A stretch of DNA of 17,664 nt, taken from contig CAXXIN010000011.1 in the NCBI GenBank assembly GCA_963665275.2, positions 1 through 17,664 of the forward strand, in the 5' to 3' direction. Below, in pieces: positions 7,911-16,851 of this stretch; the stretch's first letter is position 1; each line of letters starts with the position of its first letter. The position numbers were made by a program, and so were the translations under genes. The notes under the pieces are model-generated. The model was given only the letters and a program-made list of their open reading frames with translations, had not been told where the DNA came from and did not search any database. The DNA comes from Negativicutes bacterium (lineage in GTDB: Bacteria > Bacillota > Negativicutes > UBA1444).

Positions 7911-9144
7911 ATGTTTGGACTTTTTGGCGGTAATGACAAGAAGCCGCACTCCCCAGGAATCGCCGGCGAAGCGAAAAATCGGCAGGAAGTTGAACGGATG
8001 CGGCAAGAAAACGCTATTTTGAAGGGCATACAGAGCGCGATGCCAGACCCGTATTATGTGCGGGATATGGACTACAACATCATTCTCTGGCCCAAAGCGA
8101 TTGAGCAGTTGACTGGATACACCGCCGAAGAAGCTGCAAAAACGAAATGCTTTGACTTGTTTAGGGCGGCTGTCTGTCCGCCAAAGAGCGAGTGCCCGAC
8201 GCAGGACTGTGTGGAAAAGAAAAAATTCTTCAAGGATGCCAAAGTGAAAATCTATGTCAAGGATGGTAGCGTTCGAGCCACCCTGGTGTCGAACGCCGGT
8301 GTATATGATGAACAGGGGCGGACCATTGGGGCGGTGGAGATATTCAAAGACGTGACCCAGCTGGATGCCCTGATGAAAGCGATCAATGTTAACTCGGAAC
8401 AACTAAGCGCCGTGTCCGAGGAACTGGCTGCTTCCGCCGAAGAGGTCTCCGCGTTGTCCGGGGAACTGAATCGTCAGGCCGCTCAATCCCATGAATTGAC
8501 CAAGCAGGGCATGAATGCTTCGCAGACAGTCCGGCAAAAATCAGATGACTCAAGCAAGCAAGCCGTCGAAGTAAAGCAAAGCGTAGAAAAGCTGACCGGA
8601 TCGATGTCCGGCAGCATGAAGAATGTGGAACTACTAAAGACCAAATCGGAAAGTATCATTGGCATCGTTGACTCGATTCAGGGGATTGCGTCGCAGACCA
8701 ATCTGTTGGCGCTTAACGCGTCGATCGAAGCAGCCAGGGCTGGTGAAGCGGGGCGGGGGCTTTGCCGTTGTGGCTGATGAAATCCGTAAACTGGCCGAAA
8801 GTTCCAACAATTTTGCCCGCGATATCAAGAAAACGATTGATGAAATTATCGAGGTCATGCACCAGACCACTGATATGATGACAACAACTTATCAAGATTT
8901 GAAAGTTGGTGACGCAGCGGTGCAAAAACTGATTGCGGCAATCGCAGAGATTCGGCAGGCCTCTGAATTGTTGGCGACAGTGGTGCAGAAGCTCGAAGGG
9001 GCGGCGGCGGAAACCGCAAACATCAGTGACCGTCAGAACAATTCAATGACGGAAGTCGCCAAAGTCGGACAGGATCTGGCGGGGATTGCCCAGGAACTTC
9101 AGGAGCGATTCCAAAAAATGCGAAAAACTTCAACGGCGGAATAG
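7911..9144 (+). CDS. Soluble PAS-domain methyl-accepting chemotaxis protein, about 410 aa; apparent +1 frameshift at 8755-8759
   Basis: ATG at 7911 after GGGAGG. PAS region (MPDPYYVRD...GAVEIFKDVT). Signalling hairpin IASQTNLLALNASIEAARAGEAGRG|FAVVADEIRKLAE is restored by deleting one G. No transmembrane segment seen. Confidence 0.88.
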
Positions 9145-9168
9145 AAAACGGCCGATACAAAAAAACGG

Positions 9169-9213
9169 TTCCCGCATTGCTTGCCGCGAACAACGGCCAA
9201 TGCGGGAATTTTT
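9169..9213 (+). terminator. Intrinsic terminator after PAS-MCP
   Basis: TTCCCGCATTG / CAATGCGGGAA stem with inner GCCG/CGGC, followed by TTTTT. Confidence 0.75.
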
Positions 9214-9305
9214 GTCCGCCGGTAAAGATGACGAGCGGCAAGGAGGAGAAGCGGCTCTGCCTCGCGAAATTCTTGCTAGGATATAATTAGACAGAGAGGT
9301 GTGCC

Positions 9306-10049
9306 ATGAAGCGGATATGGCTGATGCTGGCAGTCTGCCTATTGCTTGTAAATCTGTTGCCGACTGCGACCACGGCAACGCCGGCTTCGTTTTTGCTGCA
9401 GGCAGGAACGCGCTGGGAAACGGTCGGCTGTGTTGTCGATTCGGGCGTGGCGGGTCCGACGGCGCTAATTTTAGGCGGCGTTCACGGCAATGAGCCGGCC
9501 GGGGCGCTTGCTGCGGAGCAAGTCTGCAATTTCTCACCGCTGCGCGGTAAACTGGTGGTTGTACCTCGGGTTAATCCTCTGGGGTTGGAAAAGGGAGTGC
9601 GTTTCTTGTCAGAAATGGGTGATTTGAATCGGGTTTATCCACCTGTCGGCACAGGGAGTCCGGCCGAACTGATGGGAGCCGAGATCATCGGCTTGATGAA
9701 ACAGCATAAAATTGGAATGTTGCTTGACTTGCACGAGGCACGGACATTTCACCGAATCGACCGGACCTCTCTGGGGCAGACGCTGTTGTTTGCCGATAAT
9801 TCGATCAGCACAGCGTTGGCGATGGACACAGTTGAGGCGGTAAATCGAAAAATAAACGATGCGGTTAAGAATTTCTCACTGGTTGGGCATCCGATTCGAA
9901 CCAGCGCGGCTTGGTATGCGGGCAAATATCTTGATATTGCTTCTTTCACAGTGGAGACCAGCACCCGTCAGCCGCTGGCAGAAAGGGTGGAACAACAGCT
10001 GCTGATTGTCTGTGAGCTTTTAACCGCGGGAGGTTGGTTGCCACGGTGA
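9306..10049 (+). CDS. Secreted succinylglutamate desuccinylase/aspartoacylase (M14-like Zn carboxypeptidase) family protein
   Basis: GAGAGGT RBS. Signal-peptide-like N-terminus (MKRIWLMLAVCLLLV...). Zn and catalytic motifs GGVHGNE, DLNR, LDLHE, FTVET. Confidence 0.85.
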   Translation: MKRIWLMLAVCLLLVNLLPTATTATPASFLLQAGTRWETVGCVVDSGVAGPTALILGGVHGNEPAGALAAEQVCNFSPLRGKLVVVPRVNPLGLEKGVRFLSEMGDLNRVYPPVGTGSPAELMGAEIIGLMKQHKIGMLLDLHEARTFHRIDRTSLGQTLLFADNSISTALAMDTVEAVNRKINDAVKNFSLVGHPIRTSAAWYAGKYLDIASFTVETSTRQPLAERVEQQLLIVCELLTAGGWLPR

Positions 10050-11293
10050 GTTGGCCATTGAACGCAGGGCAGTTGTCTTTCTTTTTTTGTCTGATTCTCT
10101 GGGTAGGCTGGCTCAGTTGGCTGGAATGGGAGAGCCGGCAACACCGGCGCAACTTGGAGCGGGTTCAGCTGCGGATTCATGTCAATGGGACCCGCGGGAA
10201 GTCGGGAGTGACCCGCCTGGTTGCCGCCGGGCTTCGCGCCGGCGGTTTTCGTGTGTTGGCGAAAGTGACGGGGACCGAGGCCTGTTGGATTGATCCGGAG
10301 GGAGAAGAGCGACTGGTTCGTCGCCGCGGGTTGCCAAACATTAAGGAAATGATCCGGGCGACAACGGAAGCTGCCCGTTGCGGGGCCAATGTTTTGGTCT
10401 GCGAATGTATGGCGTTGCAACCAGAACTACAGGAGTTTTGCGAGCGGCGGCTGATGCAGTCACATGTTGGCGTCATCACCAACATCCGGCATGACCATGA
10501 GGAAATCATGGGTCCGGATTTATTGTCGATTGCCGCTTCTCTCGGCAGGACGATTCCAGAGCAAGGCGTGCTGGTAGTTACAACGGAGACCGCCAAGTTG
10601 TTGGCGGAAGCAGGGTGTCCGATTGAAAAAACAAAACAGGACGGATTGCGAAAAGGCAGAGAAATAGTACGGGAAATTGGTACCCAAGGGTTGCCTGCCA
10701 TATTACCGGTAACGACAGGGGAATTGGCGGGGTTTCCTTTCGAGGTCGAGGCGGAGAATGTGGCACTGGCTTTGAAGGTGTGCGAATTGGCCGGGGTGGA
10801 GCGTGTACAGGCGTTGGCGGCGATGCAGTCGTCCCGGCCGGATGCGGGCAACCTGACGGTGAAGCAATTGTCTGTGGATGGAGTTGGAATTTTGCGGCTG
10901 ATTGATGCTATGGCTGCGAACGACCCGGACTCGACCCGGATTCTCTGGCAGCGATATATCGAGAACTCGGCGATAGAAGACAACATAACCACGGCGGTAC
11001 TACTGCACAGCAGAGCAGACCGACGCCTGCGGACGCTAACCTTGTGCAAATTATTGACAGGCTTGAATCACGGATGCTTTTATCTGACAGGCGACATTTT
11101 CTTTGCCGAACGCTGTCTCCGGCGAATGGGCGTGGGTTCGGATCGGATTATTTCTGTCGGCGAGCCTTCTTTATGCGCCGTGCTTCAAGCAGTCCAGCCA
11201 ACAGCAAAAAACACTCAGATTACAGAAGGAACGCCCGCAGGTTACTGCTTCATCTTATTCGCGGCTGGTAACAGGAAAGGATTCGTGGCTTAG
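10046..11293 (+). CDS. pgsB: Poly-gamma-glutamate synthase PgsB/CapB (Mur ligase-like)
   Basis: N-terminal membrane anchor, then RIHVNGTRGKS, AKVTGT, ECMALQPELQ, ITNIRHDHEEIMGP and AANDPDST. Start is uncertain (10034, 10046 or 10058); GTG at 10046 overlaps the upstream stop (GTGA). Confidence 0.88.
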   Translation: MSWPLNAGQLSFFFCLILWVGWLSWLEWESRQHRRNLERVQLRIHVNGTRGKSGVTRLVAAGLRAGGFRVLAKVTGTEACWIDPEGEERLVRRRGLPNIKEMIRATTEAARCGANVLVCECMALQPELQEFCERRLMQSHVGVITNIRHDHEEIMGPDLLSIAASLGRTIPEQGVLVVTTETAKLLAEAGCPIEKTKQDGLRKGREIVREIGTQGLPAILPVTTGELAGFPFEVEAENVALALKVCELAGVERVQALAAMQSSRPDAGNLTVKQLSVDGVGILRLIDAMAANDPDSTRILWQRYIENSAIEDNITTAVLLHSRADRRLRTLTLCKLLTGLNHGCFYLTGDIFFAERCLRRMGVGSDRIISVGEPSLCAVLQAVQPTAKNTQITEGTPAGYCFILFAAGNRKGFVA

Positions 11294-11298
11294 CGTCG

Positions 11299-11733
11299 AT
11301 GCATTTTTTATTTATTGGCATTCTCGTCTCACTTTTTATTACAGAAACAACAGGATTCTCGCCCGGCGGAATTGTTGCAGCCGGTTATTTGGCGCTATTT
11401 GCACTGCAACCGGCTTGGTTGGGGGGGACGCTAACTGTTGCGCTGCTCTGCTGGGGCATCGTCCGTCTGCTTGGCAGGAGGCTTCTGCTCTATGGACGGC
11501 GTCTGTTTGCGATGCACCTGCTTGTCGGAATGTTATTGGGGCAGGCGGTGATGTTGTTCGGGCGGAATCTGTCGCAAGAGGATTGGAGTTTGACAGTGAT
11601 TGGCTGGATTATTCCCGGCCTGTTGTCGCGCGACTTTGATCGACAGGGCTTTCTGCCTACGATGGTAGCGACGGGACTTGCAGTAGCATTGACCCGGCTG
11701 ATCACCATGTTGGGCGATGGTCTATTATGGTGA
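11299..11733 (+). CDS. pgsC: Poly-gamma-glutamate biosynthesis membrane protein PgsC/CapC
   Basis: 144 aa, highly hydrophobic. Motifs ETTGFSPGGIVAAGY, LLYGRRLFA, IGWIIPGLL, RQG. Confidence 0.9.
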   Translation: MHFLFIGILVSLFITETTGFSPGGIVAAGYLALFALQPAWLGGTLTVALLCWGIVRLLGRRLLLYGRRLFAMHLLVGMLLGQAVMLFGRNLSQEDWSLTVIGWIIPGLLSRDFDRQGFLPTMVATGLAVALTRLITMLGDGLLW

Positions 11734-11737
11734 GCGT

Positions 11738-12738
11738 ATGTTGAAACGCTTGTTTTTGGTGCTGTTGGTAACTTTAGCCGTGCTGGCTCTCTGTCGGTCT
11801 TTCCTCATCATAGAGCTTCCACTGCCGTACATTGCGGAGAAAAAGGCTGCAGTGGAACTGGCCCTGCGTGCTCAGGCGGTGATCGGTTCCCGGTTGATCG
11901 GGCCGGAATATACGCCGATCACAACCACATTGGCGCCGCAACGGGTCAAAAAAATGTCCTTGCATCCAGATTTTGCTGCGATAACTGTTGAATGGTTAAA
12001 AAAAGCCGGTGTGAAGTCGGGAAACCGGGTGGCGGTGAACTTGTCCGGTTCTTTTCCGGCGTTGAATATTGCGGTGTTGTCAGCGATCCAAAGTGTTGGC
12101 GCGGAACCGATTATCACCAGTTCGGTCGGTTCATCAACCTGGGGTGCTAATGATCCTGATTTTACTTGGCTGGACATGGAGGCTGAATTGCAGAGGTCGG
12201 GGGTCTGGACATGGGCTTCGATTGCTGCTTCGCAAGGGGGAGTAGGCGATCGGGGCGGTGGATTGACAGCGGAAGGCAAAAAGTTGACTCGGGCCGCCGC
12301 CCAACGAAACGCGATCCCCCTTATCGACTCCGCAAATTTGCGGCAATCAATCGAACGGAGGCTTGAGTTGTATCGGGGCCGTGCGGGAGAGTTTCCATCC
12401 GTTCTTGTGAATGTCGGGGGTAGTCATGTAATCTTTGGCGAAGCCGGACATCGCGCGCCGTTGCCCCAGGGGCTGAATATTGGCTATCATCCTCTGCTGG
12501 TGACGCAGGATGGGCTGACCGCTGTTTTTTTTGCAGTCAAATCGGCCGGTGATCCATTTTATCAATATCAGCCAGATTGCTGCTCAATACGGCATTTCCA
12601 GTGAAACCCCGCCGCAAGGGCAGCAAAGCGTTTCGATCACCGAAGTTGCCGGGGTTGATCCGTTTGTTGGCTGGGATTTGGCTGGTTGGGGTCGTGTTTG
12701 TTCTGTGGAAAAATCGACCGTTGTTGCCCAGACTATAA
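11738..12738 (+). CDS. pgsW: Poly-gamma-glutamate system protein PgsW; apparent +1 frameshifts at 12525-12532 and 12618-12620
   Basis: Motifs LIGPEYTPITTTL, VAVNLSGSFPALNIA, SSVGSSTWGANDP, TWLDME, NVGG. Removing one T restores PVIHFINISQIAAQYGI. Removing one G gives a C-terminal TM tail (LIRLLAGIWLVGVVFVLWK) ending TAA 12736-12738. Alternative start at 11717. Confidence 0.8.
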
Positions 12739-12899
12739 AAGAACTTTTTTTCGCGACAGGATTTTGATGATTACGGTCAAATACATATAACTAGAAATAC
12801 ATTACCATGTTATGAATCAAAGCCAATCATGAAAAGAACCATTTGTGGGCGAAAGGCAAAAAAGTGCAAACTGTTTGCGTCGCTGAACAGGGGGACAGT

Positions 12900-13429
12900 A
12901 TGAAAAAATTGGCAATATTGTTGTTCGCGACCTTGTTTGATGTTCGTATCCACAGAAAACACACTGGCTGCGACTAAACCGACCCGGCTGTTGGAAGTGT
13001 TTCGAAAGCCGGGCGTCAACTTCAGTCAATTCAAATCGATTGGCGATGAAATTATAGTCAGCATCCGACCGGTGGGGGCTTCTTTCTTTGATAACAGCGA
13101 CCCATTCTTGCGTCAGCGGATCAAGGAAATGACGATTCAGGCGGCCAAACGGCAAGGTTGGGCGCCGACCGACAACTCCAGCGCCGATGTCCGACTCTCG
13201 GTCAAAATTACTGAATGGGGCCGGTTTCGCAATAATTATGATCAGAATCTGATGGAATTCTTGGCCATTGAAGTCAAGGCATATTCGCGGGGAAAGCGGC
13301 GATATGGTGATGTGCGCGGGAGGACGTTACAGTCGGGTTGATCCAGCGGAAGAATCAATGGGTGCAATGAACGCCGAGTTCATTTCGCTCATGGCCGAAA
13401 TATTGATGGCGTTGAAGACCAATGACTAA
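12900..13429 (+). CDS. Secreted hypothetical protein, about 175 aa; apparent +1 frameshifts at 12936-12938 and 13289-13292
   Basis: ATG at 12900 after AGGGGGA. Deleting one T gives signal peptide MKKLAILLFATLLMFVSTENTLA joined to ORF 12937..13341. Deleting one G extends the frame to TAA at 13427-13429. The 3' end is less certain. Confidence 0.6.
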
Positions 13430-13472
13430 CCGGTTGTAGCTTCAGCATAGGGTTTGAACGGGAGGAGACAAC

Positions 13473-14487
13473 ATGATGGAAAAGCGCAGACTGGGCCGGA
13501 CTGAGCTGGAAGTTGGCTGCATCGGATTTGGCGCATTGCCGATCCAGCGTTGCACGATGGATGAAGCCGGTGTGGTTTTGAATGCCGCCCTTGACAGCGG
13601 GATTAATTTTGTCGACACAGCCAGGGGCTATTCTGACAGTGAAGAAAAAAATCGGCCACCACATTTCCGGACGGCGTAGCGAGTATATACTGGCGACCAA
13701 GAGCTTCGCCCGGACCAAGGCAGCCATGGCTCAGGATATAGATACCAGCTTGAAACTGCTGCGGACAGAGGTTATCGACCTTTACCAGGTCCCACAATAT
13801 CAAGAAAAGGCCGGAGTTGGAGGTTGTGCTCGGGCCGGGCGGTGCGCTGGAAGCGCTGAAAGAAGCAAAACAGGCCGGAAAAATAAAACATATTGGGATC
13901 ACCGGACATGACTATGATCTTTTGGTTGAAGGAATCCAGACTAATGAGTTCAGCACGGTGCAGGCTCCTTTCAACGCAGTCGAACTCAAGGCGCTGGAGC
14001 GACTGTTCCCTTTGGCCCGCGAGATGGATATAGGGCGTATTGTGATGAAGCCGTTGGGTGGTGGGCAGATCGAGAGTAAAATTAACGCGTTGCGGTTTAT
14101 TCTTGGCAATGACATCACTGTGGCAATTCCGGGCATGGACGAAGTCGGGCATGTTCGGGAAAACCTTTCGGCAGCCGACCCGTTTGTGCCGTTGTCCATT
14201 GGCGAAAAAACCGTTTTTAGATCGGGAAGTGGCCGAACTCGGCAAAAACTTCTGCCGTCGTTGTGGCTATTGCATGCCTTGCGTTCAGGGGATCGAAATA
14301 CCGCTGTTGTTTATCTTTCATTTGCAATATGAACGCTATGGAATGCAGCAAGTGATCCCGCAAAAATATGCTGCTTTGCCAGCCAAGGCGTCGGACTGTA
14401 TCGAGTGCGGCGTCTGTGAGACTCGCTGTCCTTACGATATTTCCCATACGGGAGCGAATGAAGCAAATTGCTAAAGATTTGGGATAA
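13473..14487 (+). CDS. Aldo/keto reductase with C-terminal 4Fe-4S dicluster domain, about 336 aa; four apparent +1 frameshifts
   Basis: GGGAGGAG RBS. Motifs GINFVDTARGY.DSEEKIG, ILATKS, IDLYQVHN, GKIKHIGITGH, MKPLGGG, CRRCGYCMPC and CIECGVCETRCP. Extra bases in runs at 13645-13651, 13791-13793, 14214-14218 and 14440-14442. Confidence 0.85.
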
Positions 14488-14500
14488 GGAGGAATTTTTT

Positions 14501-15366
14501 ATGGCAGACCAACTTTTTGACATTGCTGTTATTGGCGCAGGGCCGGCCGGCCTTTCGGCGGCACTGACGGCGCGGGTCCGTAATAAAGCAGTTGCTTTGT
14601 TTGAACACATGGATTTTAGCCCCCAAAACTGCAAAAGGCTCATGCAATCAACAATTACCCCGGCTTGCCGATGACCGCAGGTAAAGACTTGATGAAGCAA
14701 ATGGCCGACCACTGTCTATCGACAGGGCCGACTTTAATCAAGGAAAAAGTGACTAATATCTATTCCGGTGATACCTTCACCCTGCTGACGCCGAATAATA
14801 CTTTTGAGGCCAGGGCGCTGGTGTTGGCTATCGGTGTTAGTAACTCGGCCATGCTTGTCGGCGAAAAGGAGCTGGTCGGCAAGGGGGTTTGTTATTGTGC
14901 GACCTGCGACGGCATGCTGTATCGGGACAAGCCGGTGGCCGTCATAGCCTATACTGAAGAAGGGGAGCACGAAGCCGATTTTCTCGGCGAGATCTGCCCG
15001 GTGGTATATTTCATTCCCCAGTACAAAACTGAATTTGTACCTAAGCAACCAACGGTGCAAATTATGAAAGCCCGTCCCCAGGCTGTGCTGGGCAGCGATG
15101 AAGTGACCGGTTTGCAGACCGATGCCGGGGAATTGAAGGTCGATGGCATCTTTATCCTGCGGCAGTCCGACCCAGCCGAAACGTTGCTGCCGGAACTGGA
15201 GATGGACGGACTGTTCGTGAAAGTGAACAGGGATCAGGCAACCAATGTTCCCGGCGTATACGCAGCCGGTGACTGCACCGGAAAACCTTGGCAGATTGCC
15301 CGGGCTGCCGGCGAAGGTTTGGTGGCGGCGCTGAATGCTATCAGTTTTATCGACAGCAAGAAATAG
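14501..15366 (+). CDS. Thioredoxin reductase-like FAD oxidoreductase (possibly ferredoxin-dependent); frameshift at 14620-14628
   Basis: TAAGGAGG RBS. Motifs IGAGPAGLSAA, NYPG, GVCYCATCDG, TNVPGVYAAGDC. CCCCCAAAA run appears two bases too long (SPKLQKAH is restored by removing them). Confidence 0.85.
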
Positions 15367-15373
15367 CTGACGT

Positions 15374-15406
15374 AAAAAGTGGGGTTGAAAGCCTTTCAAT
15401 CAGCCC
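15374..15406 (-). terminator. Probable terminator between convergent genes
   Basis: GGTTGAAA-gcc-TTTCAATC hairpin. On the minus strand it is followed by TTTTT (A-run 15374-15378). Confidence 0.45.
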
Positions 15407-15425
15407 GATGAACAGCTTTCTGACC

Positions 15426-16280
15426 TCACTCGATATTTGCGATCAGATTCTCCGCCATGCCATTCAGTTCGACAGCCATCTCGTTTAGTGCCTGGGTGGC
15501 CTCGGAGACTTGAACCGTAGCAAGGGATACTTGGGCAATCATCGTAGCGATATGCGACATTTGTGCATGGTTGCTTTGATTGTCAGCCTGGATGGCGCGA
15601 ATAATTCCCTCGATATTTTTTATTGAATCAGCCGTAACTCCGGCGAGTTTGCGAATTTCCTCAGCGACTACGCCAAAGCCTCTTCCCTGTTCGCCCACGC
15701 GAGCAGATTCAATGGCTGCGTTCAGCCCCAGAAGATTGGTTTGTCCAGCGATCATTTTAATTAAACCCATCACTTGATCAGTATCTTTTACGAGGTTTTG
15801 CGACTTTTCCAACGTTGATTTCATGGCTTGTCCGGCTGCGGCCATTTCCTCGGTTTGGGCCGAAATTTCTTCTGAAGTGCTGGCAATGGTCTGAATGCTT
15901 TTTCCCATACGGGTGGAGGATTCCTTTAGCGACTCATAACGATGAGTTGACTCGGAAATAGTGACGGCCCCGATTACTTCACCTTTTTCATTCAAAATGG
16001 GAGTTCCTATGCCGACATAGGGAACTCCATATAAAGATGCATCCATCTTCACCGTGACCCGGCGTTTTTCTTGCATCGCACGGTGTAAGGCGCTACCAGG
16101 CTTGATAGTATCACCGGTCTTCACCTTCAAATCCAAGGTGCGAGCCGGACGATAAAAAACTGCCTGTTCCAAATTGCAGACACATACGCCGACATCTGCG
16201 ACCTGCATTTCATTTAATCGAGACAAGGCGTAGATATAGTGGGCAATAATTTGTTCATTGGTTTCCAGACCTTCCGGCAT
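15426..16280 (-). CDS. Soluble methyl-accepting chemotaxis protein (YfmS-like architecture)
   Basis: [47 protein letters not shown] signalling motif, small N-terminal sensor domain ([12 protein letters not shown]...GEVIGAV), no TM segment. Confidence 0.9.
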   Translation of the reverse strand: MPEGLETNEQIIAHYIYALSRLNEMQVADVGVCVCNLEQAVFYRPARTLDLKVKTGDTIKPGSALHRAMQEKRRVTVKMDASLYGVPYVGIGTPILNEKGEVIGAVTISESTHRYESLKESSTRMGKSIQTIASTSEEISAQTEEMAAAGQAMKSTLEKSQNLVKDTDQVMGLIKMIAGQTNLLGLNAAIESARVGEQGRGFGVVAEEIRKLAGVTADSIKNIEGIIRAIQADNQSNHAQMSHIATMIAQVSLATVQVSEATQALNEMAVELNGMAENLIANIE

Positions 16281-16462
16281 AAGTGCACCTCCCGAATTAA
16301 GTTGCTCGCTGACGCTTTGTAATATTCAAAATAATTCTACATCGCCGAAGGTTCTCCTGCTGACAGAATGAATGAGCAGGATTTTGCATTCCAGATGCAG
16401 AATATATATTCAGGCTATTCAAAAAGTTTTGGCAACTAAAGTGTGGGGAGGAGAACGTCGGA

Positions 16463-16750
16463 ATGGGCAGTGTGGTCGAAGAGCGGTTTGGTTTTAATAT
16501 TGCGTTGGAGAAACTTGAGTCCGGGCAACGACTCCAAAGGGTGGGGTGGCAAAATTTGGGGGAGTTTATCTTTTTGATTCCGCCTTCGACGGAAAAAGTG
16601 ATTGCCGGGGAGTATTTGGCAACCGCTTTTAAAGAAGGCGCAAAGATTGAGATGAACCCATTTATTATGCGATGCCTTCCTCCCAATAAATGTATGCCTT
16701 GGAATGCCACGCACACGGATCTGTTATCCAAAGATTGGCGGGTTCTGTAG
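16463..16750 (+). CDS. DUF2829 / Thoeris anti-defence 2 (Tad2)-like protein
   Basis: GGAGGAG RBS 9 nt upstream. 95 aa with the family pattern F..AL..L..G....R.GW...G.FI.L ... P.I ... PW.A...DLL..DW. Confidence 0.8.
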   Translation: MGSVVEERFGFNIALEKLESGQRLQRVGWQNLGEFIFLIPPSTEKVIAGEYLATAFKEGAKIEMNPFIMRCLPPNKCMPWNATHTDLLSKDWRVL

Positions 16751-16780
16751 AAAAAACCTCTGAATATTTGAGTGAAGACA

Positions 16781-16842
16781 TTATTGAATATAAAAGCTTG
16801 CATCAGGCCAAACGGCAAGGTGCAAGCTTTTATATTCAATAA
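16781..16842. terminator. 22-bp perfect inverted repeat, probable bidirectional terminator
   Basis: TTATTGAATATAAAAGCTTGCA (16781-16802) is the exact reverse complement of 16821-16842. It sits between convergent stop codons at 16750 and 16852. Confidence 0.75.
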
Positions 16843-16851
16843 AAATTGTGG

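Noticed and set aside
9130-9158. Sigma28-like -10 element GCCGATAC
   Set aside because: There is no TAAA at the right spacing, and it lies immediately upstream of a terminator.
9255-9290. Sigma70 promoter for the peptidase-pgs operon (TATAAT at 9282-9287)
   Set aside because: The -10 is plausible but there is no recognisable -35 or extended TG, so it is too weak to call.
12835-12895. c-di-GMP-I riboswitch-like words (GAAA, GGCAAA, GCAAA)
   Set aside because: Order and pairing do not fit the P1/P2 architecture.
13473-15366. Pseudogenes or programmed frameshifting
   Set aside because: All breaks are extra bases in homopolymer runs across unrelated genes, catalytic motifs are intact, and there is no consistent slippery-site signal. 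Sequencing error is more parsimonious.
16400-16411. Palindrome GAATATATATTC between divergent MCP and DUF2829 genes
   Set aside because: Short, AT-rich and low in complexity; cannot be assigned to a regulator.
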